Source: Actinomycetota bacterium
Lineage (GTDB): Bacteria > Actinomycetota > AC-67
Assembly: GCA_040905475.1 (NCBI GenBank)
Contig: JBBDRM010000155.1
Span: forward strand, 2,122-66,121
Direction of reading: 5' to 3'
Length of the DNA: 64,000 nucleotides
Shown: positions 17,021 through 26,536 of the stretch, piece by piece
Numbering within the stretch: position 1 is the stretch's first letter
Layout: every line of letters starts with the position of its first letter
Notes under the pieces: generated by a model
What the model was told of the DNA's origin: nothing
The model's database searches: none
Seen by the model: the letters and a program-made list of their open reading frames with translations, nothing else
Position numbers and translations under genes: made by a program

Positions 17021-17482
17021 TCAATGGTCGAAGGATCGGTCTTTCAGCGCGGACACAACCGCCCCCACGAGATCGCCGAGCCCGGAAGGGTTCACGACGG
17101 CGCAGTCGTCGAGAAGATCACGGTGGCGCCCGGCTTCGGGTGCCGTTACCTCGGCGACCACCGGCCGCTCAGACAGTTCCTGCCGATGAGACGCGAGGAT
17201 CTCTCTCCCCTCATCGCTGCGCAAGTCGAGGGAGAAGACGATCGCGTCCGCGCCCTCCACCTGAGTGCACGGTTCGCCCTGCGTGACCGGGCACTGCCAT
17301 CCGTGACCTGCGTCGGGACCGGAACAATCGGCGACCTCGAAACCCGAGCGCTCCAGCAGGCGGCGTGTCGCCCACCGAGCGAAGTCGTCGGCGTTCTCGA
17401 CGAGGACCCTCGGCTCGAGGCTCGGCTCGGGCCATTCGTCCGGGACGTGCGGCGGTTGCTGGGGCTTCGATCTCCATCCCAT
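17021..17482 (-). CDS. conserved 153-aa Cys-containing protein, paralog A (alternating beta/alpha, CheY-like pattern; function unknown)
   Basis: About 60% identical over full length to the 27377-27838 product; conserved motifs VPDEWPEP.LEPRVLVE, LLERSGFEV, VEGADAIVFSL, GGLGDLV..VVSALK; four conserved Cys. Confidence 0.65.
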   Translation of the reverse strand: MGWRSKPQQPPHVPDEWPEPSLEPRVLVENADDFARWATRRLLERSGFEVADCSGPDAGHGWQCPVTQGEPCTQVEGADAIVFSLDLRSDEGREILASHRQELSERPVVAEVTAPEAGRHRDLLDDCAVVNPSGLGDLVGAVVSALKDRSFDH

Positions 17483-17632
17483 GCGTGCTTACCCTCCCGG
17501 CCATGGTTCCCTAGCCTTCCATCCAACCAATAGAACGACGATAGGGACGGCCGAGCGCAGGCCCGTCCGGCCCGCGTCACACGGGGCCGAAAGGCCCTGG
17601 AGGGATGTCGGGATCTCTGGGTGATGCTCCGC

Positions 17633-17977
17633 TCAGCTCGTAGGAGCGGTCCGGGCCGGTGTTCGACTCGACGGGCCGAGATCCTTTGCCTCGGGCCCCG
17701 CGCGCACCCGGCGGCGCCGAGGTCGCCCCGAGGAGAGCCGGTCGCGTAACACCATTCCGACCAGATGTCCGTCGTCGTCGACCGCGAGCACGAATTGAGA
17801 GCCCGTTCGCAGCATCACTCGGGCGGCCTCGCTCGTCGCCGCACCGTCGGACACGCAGATTCCCCGCACCGAGTCGGGCCAGGGCGCCATGATGAGCACC
17901 GACAGCACGCTCGGATGCACGGACACCATCACGTCGCCAACCGTCAGCCCTTGCCGGGCCTCCCCGATCGTGGCCAC
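17633..17977 (-). CDS. possible single CBS-domain fragment (may be a gene remnant)
   Basis: Segment VSDGAATSEAARVMLRTGSQFVLAVDDDGHLVGMVLRDRL resembles one CBS motif; the first half is incomplete and the tail is Arg/Pro-rich; weak. Confidence 0.25.
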   Translation of the reverse strand: MATIGEARQGLTVGDVMVSVHPSVLSVLIMAPWPDSVRGICVSDGAATSEAARVMLRTGSQFVLAVDDDGHLVGMVLRDRLSSGRPRRRRVRAGPEAKDLGPSSRTPARTAPTS

Positions 17978-18393
17978 GGTACCGACGATATCCCCGCCCG
18001 TCCTGATGCCGAGGACCGTTCGACCCGGATCCTGGGGGTCCTTCGCTCCTGGGCCGGGCGAGCGTGGCGCGGCGGCGCCCTTCGACGTGAAGTGACGGAG
18101 GCTCCCGCCTAACGGCGACGGGAGAAGCTACCTCTACATCTCTCACATCGGGGAGGTGTGCCCGAGCGGGTTCCTCCCGCTCCCGGACGGCGGCGTCCGG
18201 CCGACTCCGGCTGCTACCTGACCGGCGAAGAAACAATCGGTGAATCCGCCGACGTGGCCACCTGAGCCGCGGAGGGGGCCGAACCAGGACGTCGTCGCCG
18301 ACCCTGAGGGCCGTTCGCCCCCAGGCACCTAGGGCATTTGCCCCTATCGCCGGCCACCCTCGGGGTGTTTTAAGGAGGGGAGCGCGGAGGGAG

Positions 18394-19269
18394 GTGGCGG
18401 TGATGGCCGTTGCGGTGAGGCCGGGGGCGACGACTCTATCCAGACAACCGACCCGGGCGAAGCGGTACGCCGACCCGTTCGACGAACGGTCGGCGGAGCG
18501 GTCGATCGGGCTTCTGCGTGCCACGGTGTGGCGTTACTTCCACCCCACGGTGATCGGCGGCGGGAACATCCCCGACGGCCGCGCCCTGATCGTCGGATGC
18601 CACTCGGGTGTCATGCCCTACGACGCGGCCTGCCTCTTCGTCGGGGTGCACGAGGCGACCGGACGGTACCCGCGCTTCATCGCCGACCGGATGTTCGGCC
18701 GCGTCGACCCGATCGGGCGGTTCCTCGCCCGTCAGGGGGCTATCGTCGGGACGCCGGACGTGGTGGAGTCCCTGCTCGAAGAAAACCAACCCGTGGTCCT
18801 GTTCCCCGGCGGGGCACCCGACATGACGCGGCCGTATCTGACGCAGCGTTACCGCGTCCTGCCGCACCGCGGCTATGCGCCGGGCAACGGCGGTTACATC
18901 AAGATCGCGTTGCGAACCGGCTCGCCGATCGTGCCGCTCGCGGTGGTCGGCGCCGAGGAAGCGCACATTATGCTCGGCAACATCCCCCAGGTCGCGCGTC
19001 TCGTCTCGATGCCGTTCTTCCCGGTCGTGCTTTTCCCGATGCCGTTACCGACGAAGATCTTCATCCGGTTCGGCAAGACGATCCACCTGCCGGGAACGCC
19101 ACGGGACGCCGACGACCAGCATACGGTCGACCGACTGAACGAGATCGTGCGCAAACGCGTGCAGCGGCTCATCGATGCCACCCTTCGACACCGCCGGGGC
19201 ATCATCTTTAGCCGCTACGAGCGTGGCGGCGTCGCCGGATCGGGGGACCGGGGCGGGACGCGCCGGTGA
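18394..19269 (+). CDS. lysophospholipid (1-acyl-glycerol-3-phosphate-type) acyltransferase, PlsC/LPLAT superfamily
   Basis: Acyltransferase motifs (HSGVMPYD, FPGG, PIVPLAVVG); GGAGGG RBS; 4-nt overlap with downstream hydrolase. Confidence 0.75.
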   Translation: MAVMAVAVRPGATTLSRQPTRAKRYADPFDERSAERSIGLLRATVWRYFHPTVIGGGNIPDGRALIVGCHSGVMPYDAACLFVGVHEATGRYPRFIADRMFGRVDPIGRFLARQGAIVGTPDVVESLLEENQPVVLFPGGAPDMTRPYLTQRYRVLPHRGYAPGNGGYIKIALRTGSPIVPLAVVGAEEAHIMLGNIPQVARLVSMPFFPVVLFPMPLPTKIFIRFGKTIHLPGTPRDADDQHTVDRLNEIVRKRVQRLIDATLRHRRGIIFSRYERGGVAGSGDRGGTRR

Positions 19270-20279
19270 CCGCCCCCAGGCCTCTGACGCCGCCACGGGT
19301 GGAATGGCGGCTCGAGCACGCGCCGACCGACGACGGCTGGGACTTGGCGCTCTACCGGTACGAGGGCGGCAGGACTGACGTGCCACCGGTCATCCTCTGC
19401 AGCGGGTTCGCGTGCACGCATCATTTCTTCGACTTCGACGACCGGTACTCGCTCGCGCGCTACCTGGCGCGCCGGGGGTTCGACGCGTGGGCGCTCGAGT
19501 TGCGCGGGCGAGGCGCCAGCCTGCCGGCCCGCGCCTCGGCGCGCCGGACGTGGACGTTCGACGATCTCGCCTCGTTGGACTTCCCGGCCGCGGTACGGCA
19601 CGTCGCGGCGCGGACGGGGCGGCGTCCCGCGTGGGTGGGCCACAGCATGGGCGGCTTGCTCGGCTATGCGGCGCTCGGCTCGGATCCGTCGCGGTGCGGC
19701 GACATCGCCGGGCTGGTGACGATGGCCTCGCCCACCGTGCAAGTGCCGGCCGGATCGCATCTCGTGAAGCTCGTGGGGGAGGGGCTGCTCGCCACGTCGT
19801 CCCGGCACTTGCCGCAGCGCCGGGCTCTGACGACGCTCTGGCTGCTCGCACGCTCCTCCCCCCGGATGCTCGAGGTGGGCATGAACACGTCCAACGTCGA
19901 TCGCCGCGCGTTCGGCCGCGCGTTGCGCCGGTTCATCTGCGACGTGCCGGCCGCGAAGCTCCGCCAGTTCGTCCGGTGGTCGCGGACGGGATCGTTCGGA
20001 TCGGCGGACGGGAGGATCGACTATCGGTCGGCGATGGGGAGGATCACGGTGCCCGCGCTGATCGCAGCTGGGGCCGGCGACCGGCTGGCGCCACCGGATT
20101 CCGTTCGTCCCGCGTACGACGCGATCGCGTCTGAACACAAGAGCTACCGCGAGTTCTCGCTCGCCAACGGCGACGCCGCCGACTACGGGCACATCGACCT
20201 CGTCTTCGGCAAGCGCGCACCGGACGAGGTCTTCGCGGCCGTCGCATCCTGGCTGGAAGCGCTGCCGAAGGAGGGATGA
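19266..20279 (+). CDS. alpha/beta-fold hydrolase
   Basis: Nucleophile elbow GHSMGG; catalytic-triad-type C-terminus (GDRL...DYGHID); GTG start. Confidence 0.85.
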   Translation: MTAPRPLTPPRVEWRLEHAPTDDGWDLALYRYEGGRTDVPPVILCSGFACTHHFFDFDDRYSLARYLARRGFDAWALELRGRGASLPARASARRTWTFDDLASLDFPAAVRHVAARTGRRPAWVGHSMGGLLGYAALGSDPSRCGDIAGLVTMASPTVQVPAGSHLVKLVGEGLLATSSRHLPQRRALTTLWLLARSSPRMLEVGMNTSNVDRRAFGRALRRFICDVPAAKLRQFVRWSRTGSFGSADGRIDYRSAMGRITVPALIAAGAGDRLAPPDSVRPAYDAIASEHKSYREFSLANGDAADYGHIDLVFGKRAPDEVFAAVASWLEALPKEG

Positions 20280-21217
20280 ACGTGAGCGAGCAGGCGCGGT
20301 TCGGGATCCACACCGGAACGCAGTTCGCGACCTGGGACGAGATCGTCAAGATGTGGCGCCGGGCAGAGGACCTCGGCTACGACACCGCCTGGACCTACGA
20401 TCACTTCACGGCCGTGATGATGGATCCGATGACGCCGTGCCTCGAGGCCTGGAGTTGCCTCGCGGCCCTCGCCGTCCACACCGAGCGCATCCGGCTCGGA
20501 GCGATGGTGACCGGCAATACCTACCGCCACCCGGCCGTGCTCGCGAAGATCGCCACCACCGTCGACGTCATCTCGAACGGCCGGCTCGAGTTCGGCATCG
20601 GCGCAGGATGGTACGAGCCGGAGCACGCGATGTTCGGGCTGCCCTTCGGGTCGGTCGGTGAACGGGCGGAGCGGCTCGACGAAGCGCTGACCGTGATCCG
20701 GAGCTTGTGGCGGGAGCAGCACACGACCTTCGAAGGCACGCATTACGCGCTGAGCGAAGCGGTGGCGGAGCCCAAACCCGTGCAGGTCCCGCACCCGCCG
20801 ATCACGATCGCGGCCGTGGGAGAGAAGCGGATGCTGCCCATCGTCGCCAGACACGCCGACGCCTGGACCTCGTTCGGCTCACCGGAGATCTTCCGTCGCC
20901 GCGGGGAGCTGCTGAGCGAGATGTGCGAAGCGGAGGGCCGGGATGCGGCAGCGATCGAGAAGGCGGTCCTGCTGCCGGCCGTCATCGCCGAGGACATGGA
21001 GCCGTACGCGTTCATGGTGCAGGGGTGGGCCGCGTATCAGGGCGTCGAGGAGGCCGAAGGGAAGCGGTGGATGCTCGCCGGGCCTCCCGATGAGGTATGC
21101 CGCCAGGTGGACGCCTATCTCGATGCAGGCGTCGGCCACATCATCCTTCTGATCACACCCTTCAACATCGAGGCGCTGGAACGCTTCGCGGAGGAGGTCA
21201 TGCCCCGGTACCGGTGA
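20276..21217 (+). CDS. luciferase-like monooxygenase family (LLM class, probably F420-dependent) oxidoreductase
   Basis: LLM motifs (FGIHTG, DTAWTYDHF, RIRLGAMVTGNTYRHPAVLAK, GRLEFGIGAGW). Confidence 0.85.
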   Translation: MNVSEQARFGIHTGTQFATWDEIVKMWRRAEDLGYDTAWTYDHFTAVMMDPMTPCLEAWSCLAALAVHTERIRLGAMVTGNTYRHPAVLAKIATTVDVISNGRLEFGIGAGWYEPEHAMFGLPFGSVGERAERLDEALTVIRSLWREQHTTFEGTHYALSEAVAEPKPVQVPHPPITIAAVGEKRMLPIVARHADAWTSFGSPEIFRRRGELLSEMCEAEGRDAAAIEKAVLLPAVIAEDMEPYAFMVQGWAAYQGVEEAEGKRWMLAGPPDEVCRQVDAYLDAGVGHIILLITPFNIEALERFAEEVMPRYR

Positions 21218-21364
21218 TCGTGTTTGGGCGAGGCGTCAACGGATCAACCGGCCCGTCCGGCACGGGTCCGACCCGGCCGGTGTGCGGCGGGGCCCGCGCT
21301 CGAAATGCGAAGAAGGAGAGCGCATGCCCGGGAATCTACCTGGCTCGCTTGGTCGGCCCCTCAG

Positions 21365-22112
21365 ATGGCACTGGCCCGCTACAACGTCGACGGCAGCCTC
21401 GACTCCGCATTTGACGGCGACGGCAAGCTCACGACCGCGATCGGGTCGGAGTCCGCCGCGAATTCCGTTGCCATCCAGGCGAACGGCAAGATCGTGGCCG
21501 GCGATTACTTCAACAACGGTTCGAACAGGGACTTCGCGCTCGTCCGCTACAACCCCGACGGGACCCCCGACGCGACGTTCGACGGCGACGGGATCGTCAC
21601 GACGCCGATCGGAACGGGGGACGACGAAGCGCGTGCGCTCGCCATCGGGCCTGATGCCAAGATCGTTGCCGCCGGGGCGTCCTGGAGCGGTTCGAACTGG
21701 GACTTCGCGGTGGCGCGCTACATCGGCGACCCCGTCGTTTCCTACGACTGGAGCGGCTTCTTCGCCCCGGTCGATAACCCCTGGGACCGGTGCCAACCCG
21801 GTCTACAACGTGATGAAGGCGGGCGCTGCCGTCCCGGTGAAGTTCAGCCTCGGCGGAGATCGAGGCCTCGACGTGATCACGAGCGTCACACGCGATCAGG
21901 TTCAGTGTGAGTCCTTCTCGGGTTGGGACGGCGTCGAAGCGATGGTGGCGGCAGGCAACAGCAGTCTGTCCTACGACGCCACGACCAACACCTACACCTA
22001 CGTCTGGAAAACCGCCAAGGCATGGTCGAGTTCGGCGTCGAAGTGCCGGCTCTTCGATCTGGAGCTGAAGGACGGCACGCACCACTTCGCCTACTTCAAG
22101 TTCACGAGATAG
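21365..22112 (+). pseudogene. delta-60 repeat protein with conserved C-terminal domain; apparent +1 frameshift in a poly-C run at 21787-21790
   Basis: Delta-60 repeats (ARYNVDGSLDSAFDGDGKLT, VRYNPDGTPDATFDGDGIVT) in one frame; C-terminal domain (NPVYNVMKAGAAVPVKFSLGGDRGL...YTYVWKT) continues in the +1 frame; removing one C restores ...PVDNPGTGANPV...; N-terminus and signal peptide not identified. Confidence 0.55.
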
Positions 22113-22295
22113 CGCTACGTTTCGGGAGGGACCGGCATGGGGCGATCGGTCCCTCCCGATATCGCATGTCTTGACTTCGCGTATTCGAATCGCACCGCGA
22201 CCCCGCAACGGCAACGAGATTTCGACGCCGGTGAACCCTTTCGACTCGGTCCCCGTATGGACGGGTGTACACGAGATGGAGAGGAGGCCCGCGTG

Positions 22296-22562
22296 AGTAG
22301 GAAGGTGCCGGCCGTGCTGTTGCTCGTCCTGATGATCGGCACCCTCGGAGTGCTGTCGGCGGCGCCCGCTTCGGCGCACGTTCACGGCATCACGCCGCTG
22401 TCGACGCTCGCGAACGTGTGCGGCGTCACCACGCTATCCAACACCGGCGCCAACCGCGCCCAGGGCGACCCGATCGCTGGGTTGATCCCGAGAGACGTGG
22501 GCGAGGCCCCACTCACGGCCGGCGACGGCGGGCGATCAGCACCGGTGGGGTGCGCGCAGTAA
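22296..22562 (+). CDS. small secreted hypothetical protein
   Basis: GTG start then signal-like VSRKVPAVLLLVLMIGTLGVLSAAPASAHV; short; weak. Confidence 0.3.
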   Translation, partial: SRKVPAVLLLVLMIGTLGVLSAAPASAHVHGITPLSTLANVCGVTTLSNTGANRAQGDPIAGLIPRDVGEAPLTAGDGGRSAPVGCAQ

Positions 22563-22598
22563 CCCGGCAACACCGGAACACATTCAGAACCGGCGTTA

Positions 22599-23393
22599 TC
22601 AACCCGACGAACGGGTGCTCACTTCCTCCTTCCGCTGCTCGGCGGGCCGCTCCACGATGGCCCCCGGCCGCAGCGCCATGTCGAACTCGGTGTACGCCGC
22701 GGCCAGCATCGTTCCGATGCCCAATCGATGCACGGGGTCGATCACCGACGGGGAGTCGTAGGTGATCGAAGCCGGCCCGGCGAAGAGGATCTCCTTTCCG
22801 CTCGCGTCGACGTGCGTGAACAGGTCGCTGAACCACTGCACGAGTTCCGACGTTCCTCCGCGGCCGTCGACCGGCGGGGACTGCCGCAATGAGTACAGCG
22901 GGGTGCCGTTCGGCAGCACGGCCTCCATCGCTTCCCGGCTCAGGCGGGTGCTCGGCTTCATCGTGAACGTCACCAACCGCTTGCCGCGGGGCCGTTCGAA
23001 CGTTCCCTGGATCAGGTCGTACTCCTGGGTGATCTCGATGTGGGCGAGCTTCTTCGGCGCGCCGAGCAGCTCCCGCCCGGCCGCCATCGCGGCATCGTTC
23101 GTCACGTAGATGTACGGGACGTACATCCCCTGCTTGCCGTCCAGACCGACGACCTGGATCAACGACACGAACTCGTTGTAGTGCCCCAGGGTGCTGCCGC
23201 CGTAGTCGGCGATGAGGACGGCGCCCAGCGCCGGGTCCCCGGCCAGGCGGAGCCCGGCGGGAAGCAGATCGCTGACGTCTCCGTCGATGGTGAAGAACGC
23301 AGCGAGAGCCTTGCACCCCCAGTACTCGACTCCGCGTTCGGCGTCGATCTCGTAGAGCGGCGCGTCGAGCGGGATCCCTTTGACCGTCACCAT
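22599..23393 (-). CDS. acetoacetate decarboxylase (ADC) family protein
   Basis: 264 aa matching the ADC-family double-psi beta-barrel proteins (MVTVKGIPLDAPLYEIDA...YVPYIYVTNDAAMAAGRELLGAPKK). Confidence 0.8.
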   Translation of the reverse strand: MVTVKGIPLDAPLYEIDAERGVEYWGCKALAAFFTIDGDVSDLLPAGLRLAGDPALGAVLIADYGGSTLGHYNEFVSLIQVVGLDGKQGMYVPYIYVTNDAAMAAGRELLGAPKKLAHIEITQEYDLIQGTFERPRGKRLVTFTMKPSTRLSREAMEAVLPNGTPLYSLRQSPPVDGRGGTSELVQWFSDLFTHVDASGKEILFAGPASITYDSPSVIDPVHRLGIGTMLAAAYTEFDMALRPGAIVERPAEQRKEEVSTRSSG

Positions 23394-24703
23394 TTCGCCA
23401 TCACCTCCGACAGCTCGTACCGTTCGCTCTCGTAGCTCGCGATCACGTCGTGCGCCGCGTCGAGCGAGAGCACCTCGAGCGTCCCATCCTCGATCAGCAA
23501 CGACCGCGCATCGCGGAAGAGCTTCTCGACGAGGGACTCCTTGCTGAGGCCCATCGCGCCGTGGACCTGCACGGCGTCGTGCGCGACCTCGAACGCCACT
23601 CGTTTGGCGTAGATCTGCGCCGCCCGCGCGTGGCGGGGCGATGCGTCATAGGTGGCCTCCTCCAGGGCGCGACGGTATACGTGACGCATCGCCCCACGTG
23701 TGTACGCGCGGGCGGTCTCGACCTTCTCGAACATCGAGTACAGCGTCAGCTGGATGTTCTTGTGGCGCGTGATCGGCCCGCCGCCCTGCACGCGCTCCCT
23801 CGCGTAGGTCAGCGCCTCCTCGAACGCTGCTCGGGCGACGCCGACGGCCATCGCGCCGATGCCTACGCTCGTGAGGCACAGAAGCTGGTCGACGAACACC
23901 CCGTAGAACGGTGTGGGCGCGACGACGACGTACCGCTCCGGGATCCTCACCCCATCGAAGAAGATCTCGCCCTGCGGGTCGTCGCGCGTGCCGAGCATGT
24001 CGACGGGGCGGCCGCGACGGACGCCGGGCGAATCGAGGGGCACGACGGCCAGCAGCCCGTGCAGAAAGTCGCCGCCGTCCCGGACCTGCGCGTGAACCGC
24101 GCAGTGTGTCGCCACCGGCGCCGAGCTGACCCACGCCGCCTTTTGCCCTCGGATCACCCACCCGTCTCCGTCGGCCTCGGCGATGACCTGCCCGGGCCCG
24201 AACGACGCGGCCCCCTCGTCGCGAAGGAAGGAGATCGCGTCGCTCCCGTGCGCCGGCTCCGTGACGCCCCAGCAGCCGTGGTAGGCCAGTTCGCGATCTT
24301 CGGCCCAGGGAGCGAGCAGCTCCCGGCGAAGCTCGTCACCGCCGAAATTCGAGATCAGCACGAACGGCAGCATGTCGACGCCGAACGCCGTCGCCAGGCC
24401 GAGACTCCCCCACGCCAATTCCTCGAAGACGATCGCGCGACCCAGAGGGCCGAGCGGCGGGTCGGGTCCGCCGTACTCCGGCGGGAGGAAGATCCGGTGG
24501 TATCCGAGCCGTCGGAGAGTCCGCATTGCCTCGTGATACGGAGAGCCGGGTGCGACACGCTCCTCCGGATCCATCCGGTCCAGGGCCCGAGCCGCCGGGC
24601 GCAGAACCTCGAGTGCGACCCGATGCAGCTCGTCACGCAGCGTGCGCTCTTCCGCGGTCAGCTCGTCCAGCTCAAGAAAGGTCAACGGAGCCTCCTTTCG
24701 CAC
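23387..24703 (-). CDS. acyl-CoA dehydrogenase
   Basis: ACAD signatures (GCWGVTEPAHGSD; C-terminal FEVAHDAVQVHGAMGLSKESLVEKLFRDAR). Confidence 0.9.
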   Translation of the reverse strand: MRKEAPLTFLELDELTAEERTLRDELHRVALEVLRPAARALDRMDPEERVAPGSPYHEAMRTLRRLGYHRIFLPPEYGGPDPPLGPLGRAIVFEELAWGSLGLATAFGVDMLPFVLISNFGGDELRRELLAPWAEDRELAYHGCWGVTEPAHGSDAISFLRDEGAASFGPGQVIAEADGDGWVIRGQKAAWVSSAPVATHCAVHAQVRDGGDFLHGLLAVVPLDSPGVRRGRPVDMLGTRDDPQGEIFFDGVRIPERYVVVAPTPFYGVFVDQLLCLTSVGIGAMAVGVARAAFEEALTYARERVQGGGPITRHKNIQLTLYSMFEKVETARAYTRGAMRHVYRRALEEATYDASPRHARAAQIYAKRVAFEVAHDAVQVHGAMGLSKESLVEKLFRDARSLLIEDGTLEVLSLDAAHDVIASYESERYELSEVMAKW

Positions 24704-24799
24704 GACCGTGCGGTCGAAGATCGCAGGCCAATTACCTCTCGAGCGCGTTCGGGCGCCTAGGGCCGTGTGGCCCGTCTGGGCCGGGTCGCTTGGGCTGGT

Positions 24800-25207
24800 T
24801 CACGAGGCGCATTCGCCACGCCCGAGGATCACGCGGAACGGCTCGGACGATCCCCAAGCTTCGAACAACTCGGGCGCTTCCTCCTTCGCGGGGAGATGCT
24901 CGAGGTCGGCGACGCGCTGCTCGATACCGGCGACGCCGATCCGGTCGACCCAATCGGCAAACGCTTCGCCCTCTCGTCGCTCGCTCGTGTACGCGGCGAC
25001 CAGGCGCGCGAGCGCCTCGGGTGCCGCCCGGGCGGGCACTTTGGCGACGTAGGTGCCGAACCGCGCCCCGCCCGGCGTGATGCGCGCGCCGACGTGGACG
25101 CGATGTGGCCCCTCCCCATGACAGCGCTGCTGATGGAGCGAGCATCCGTTACGGGCGTGAGTAACAAAAGGCGCGACTGGCCCTCTCGTTCTGGGGCCAT
25201 CGGCCAT
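24800..25207 (-). CDS. hypothetical protein
   Basis: Coding-like GC3 in the C-terminal two thirds; no confident family assignment; true start may lie downstream of the first Met. Confidence 0.35.
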   Translation of the reverse strand: MADGPRTRGPVAPFVTHARNGCSLHQQRCHGEGPHRVHVGARITPGGARFGTYVAKVPARAAPEALARLVAAYTSERREGEAFADWVDRIGVAGIEQRVADLEHLPAKEEAPELFEAWGSSEPFRVILGRGECAS

Positions 25208-25315
25208 AGGAGGAAATCGGGGTCCGGTCTGGGTGGAGACGTATTTCGGGCCGAGGCCTTCCTCCGCTCGCCTATCGTGGGATAACGAGCTCGGTCATGC
25301 GAGCGGCGAGCCGGG

Positions 25316-25660
25316 TCATGCGAGCGGCGAGCCGACCGGTGAAAGAGATGCCACCATGGGCCGGAGACGGACCCGCTCGTCATGGACGTTGAAGCCCGCC
25401 TTCGCGATGGTGACCCTCAGGTCCTCCCACCCCAGGCGAGTCCTTTCGTAATCGACGTTGGCGCAACCCATCGCCTCGTTCACCGATACGGCGACCACGC
25501 CGGGAAGCACGGCCAGGGATTGCCTCAGCACCACGGCACACAGCCGACAGTGGAGATCGAAGATCTCGAAGCGGCATGTCGAGGTCGCCCGTGCGGGCGT
25601 CCGGTCGCCGCCCCGCTGACGGAGCGCTCTTACCCGGAGGTGCTTCGCTCGAATGTTCAT
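25316..25660 (-). CDS. heavy-metal-associated (HMA)-like small protein with HCxxC motif
   Basis: FEIFDLHCRLCAVVLRQSLAVLPGVVAVSVNEAMGCANVDYE... has ferredoxin-like beta-alpha-beta-beta-alpha-beta pattern with CxxC; paralogous to 59443-59685 and to the 10283-10393 remnant. Confidence 0.6.
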   Translation of the reverse strand: MNIRAKHLRVRALRQRGGDRTPARATSTCRFEIFDLHCRLCAVVLRQSLAVLPGVVAVSVNEAMGCANVDYERTRLGWEDLRVTIAKAGFNVHDERVRLRPMVASLSPVGSPLA

Positions 25661-25885
25661 CGCGTATCTCGTGCTCCTGTGCCATTAGCCCCGCCGGCCA
25701 GGCTCTGAGGACAGGGTCAATAGCCCTCCAGCTCGAGGGACCATGGGCCCTGCCTCCCGAGGGGGCACTCCGCGACAGTCTTCGCCGAGATCCGGGCCTT
25801 ACACACGGGGATCGTCGCGCCGACGACGGAAAGCAGCGCCGACGGTCCTGCTTCCGTGGAGCCGCCTAGAGGCGAGGAGGAGATC

Positions 25886-26161
25886 ATGACGGCGAACTGG
25901 CTCCAGGAAATCACCCGAGCCGTCGCGTCGACCGTGGGTCAGGCCCCCGACACGCTGACCCTGTCTCCCAAGGACGTACGGACGTTGCTCGACCTCGCAC
26001 GGATCGCCGCGCATACCAGCGGTGACCGCACCAACGCCCCGCTCCTGTGTTACGTGCTCGGGATCGCGCACCGTGGCGGCGCATCGCTCGACACGCTCTC
26101 GGCTGCGGTTCGCGAGGCAGCGGACCGGGGGGCGGTGGCACCGGCGCAGGCGAAAGAATGA
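25886..26161 (+). CDS. small conserved hypothetical protein (DUF6457-like, typically next to Mo-cofactor genes)
   Basis: MTANWLQEITRAVASTVGQAPDTLTLSPKDVRTLLDLARIAAH...; ends at the moeA remnant start. Confidence 0.45.
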   Translation: MTANWLQEITRAVASTVGQAPDTLTLSPKDVRTLLDLARIAAHTSGDRTNAPLLCYVLGIAHRGGASLDTLSAAVREAADRGAVAPAQAKE

Positions 26162-26536
26162 GCGTCCGCACCGTCACTGCGGAAGAACTTGAACACGCGC
26201 TCATCAGATACGAGGAGGCAGTCGCTCGCGCCCTTCGCTACCTCACTCCGCTCCCCCCGAGACCGTGGTCCTTCGCGACGCGTGTGGGCTCGTGCTGGCC
26301 GAGCGTGTCGTCGCGGCGATCGACGTGCCGCGCTTCGCCAACTCCGCGATGGACGGCTATGCGATCGTCTCCGCAGACACTGCGGAAGCTTCCTCCGATC
26401 GGCCCGGCCGTCCTGTGCCTCGCCGGGTCGGTCTCCGCTGGCCGCCGCCGTTGAGGATGACGTGGCGGCACTCTGCGGTGATGGCCGCTCGGAGGGCCGA
26501 AGGCCGCGACCTCAGGGTACGGAGCTGAGCTCGTAG
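26158..26536 (+). pseudogene. moeA: moeA (molybdopterin molybdenumtransferase) N-terminal remnant, multiple frameshifts, truncated
   Basis: MoeA N-terminal signature split across three frames (MSVRTVTAEELEHALIRYEEAVARALRYLTPLPP | VVLRDACGLVLAERVVAAIDVPRFANSAMDGYAIVSADTAEAS | ...PAVLCLAGSVSAG...); first shift at a C6 run near 26250-26256; only about 125 of roughly 400 codons present before the convergent gene. Confidence 0.6.

Noticed and set aside
18175-18192. Perfect 7-bp stem hairpin (CCGGACG-GCGG-CGTCCGG) in the 5' region of the acyltransferase gene
   Set aside because: No U-tract or conserved context; GC-rich hairpins of this size are common by chance
22178-22200. tRNA-like TTCGAATC string
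   Set aside because: No flanking acceptor or anticodon stem structure; no tRNA or rRNA genes detected anywhere in the window
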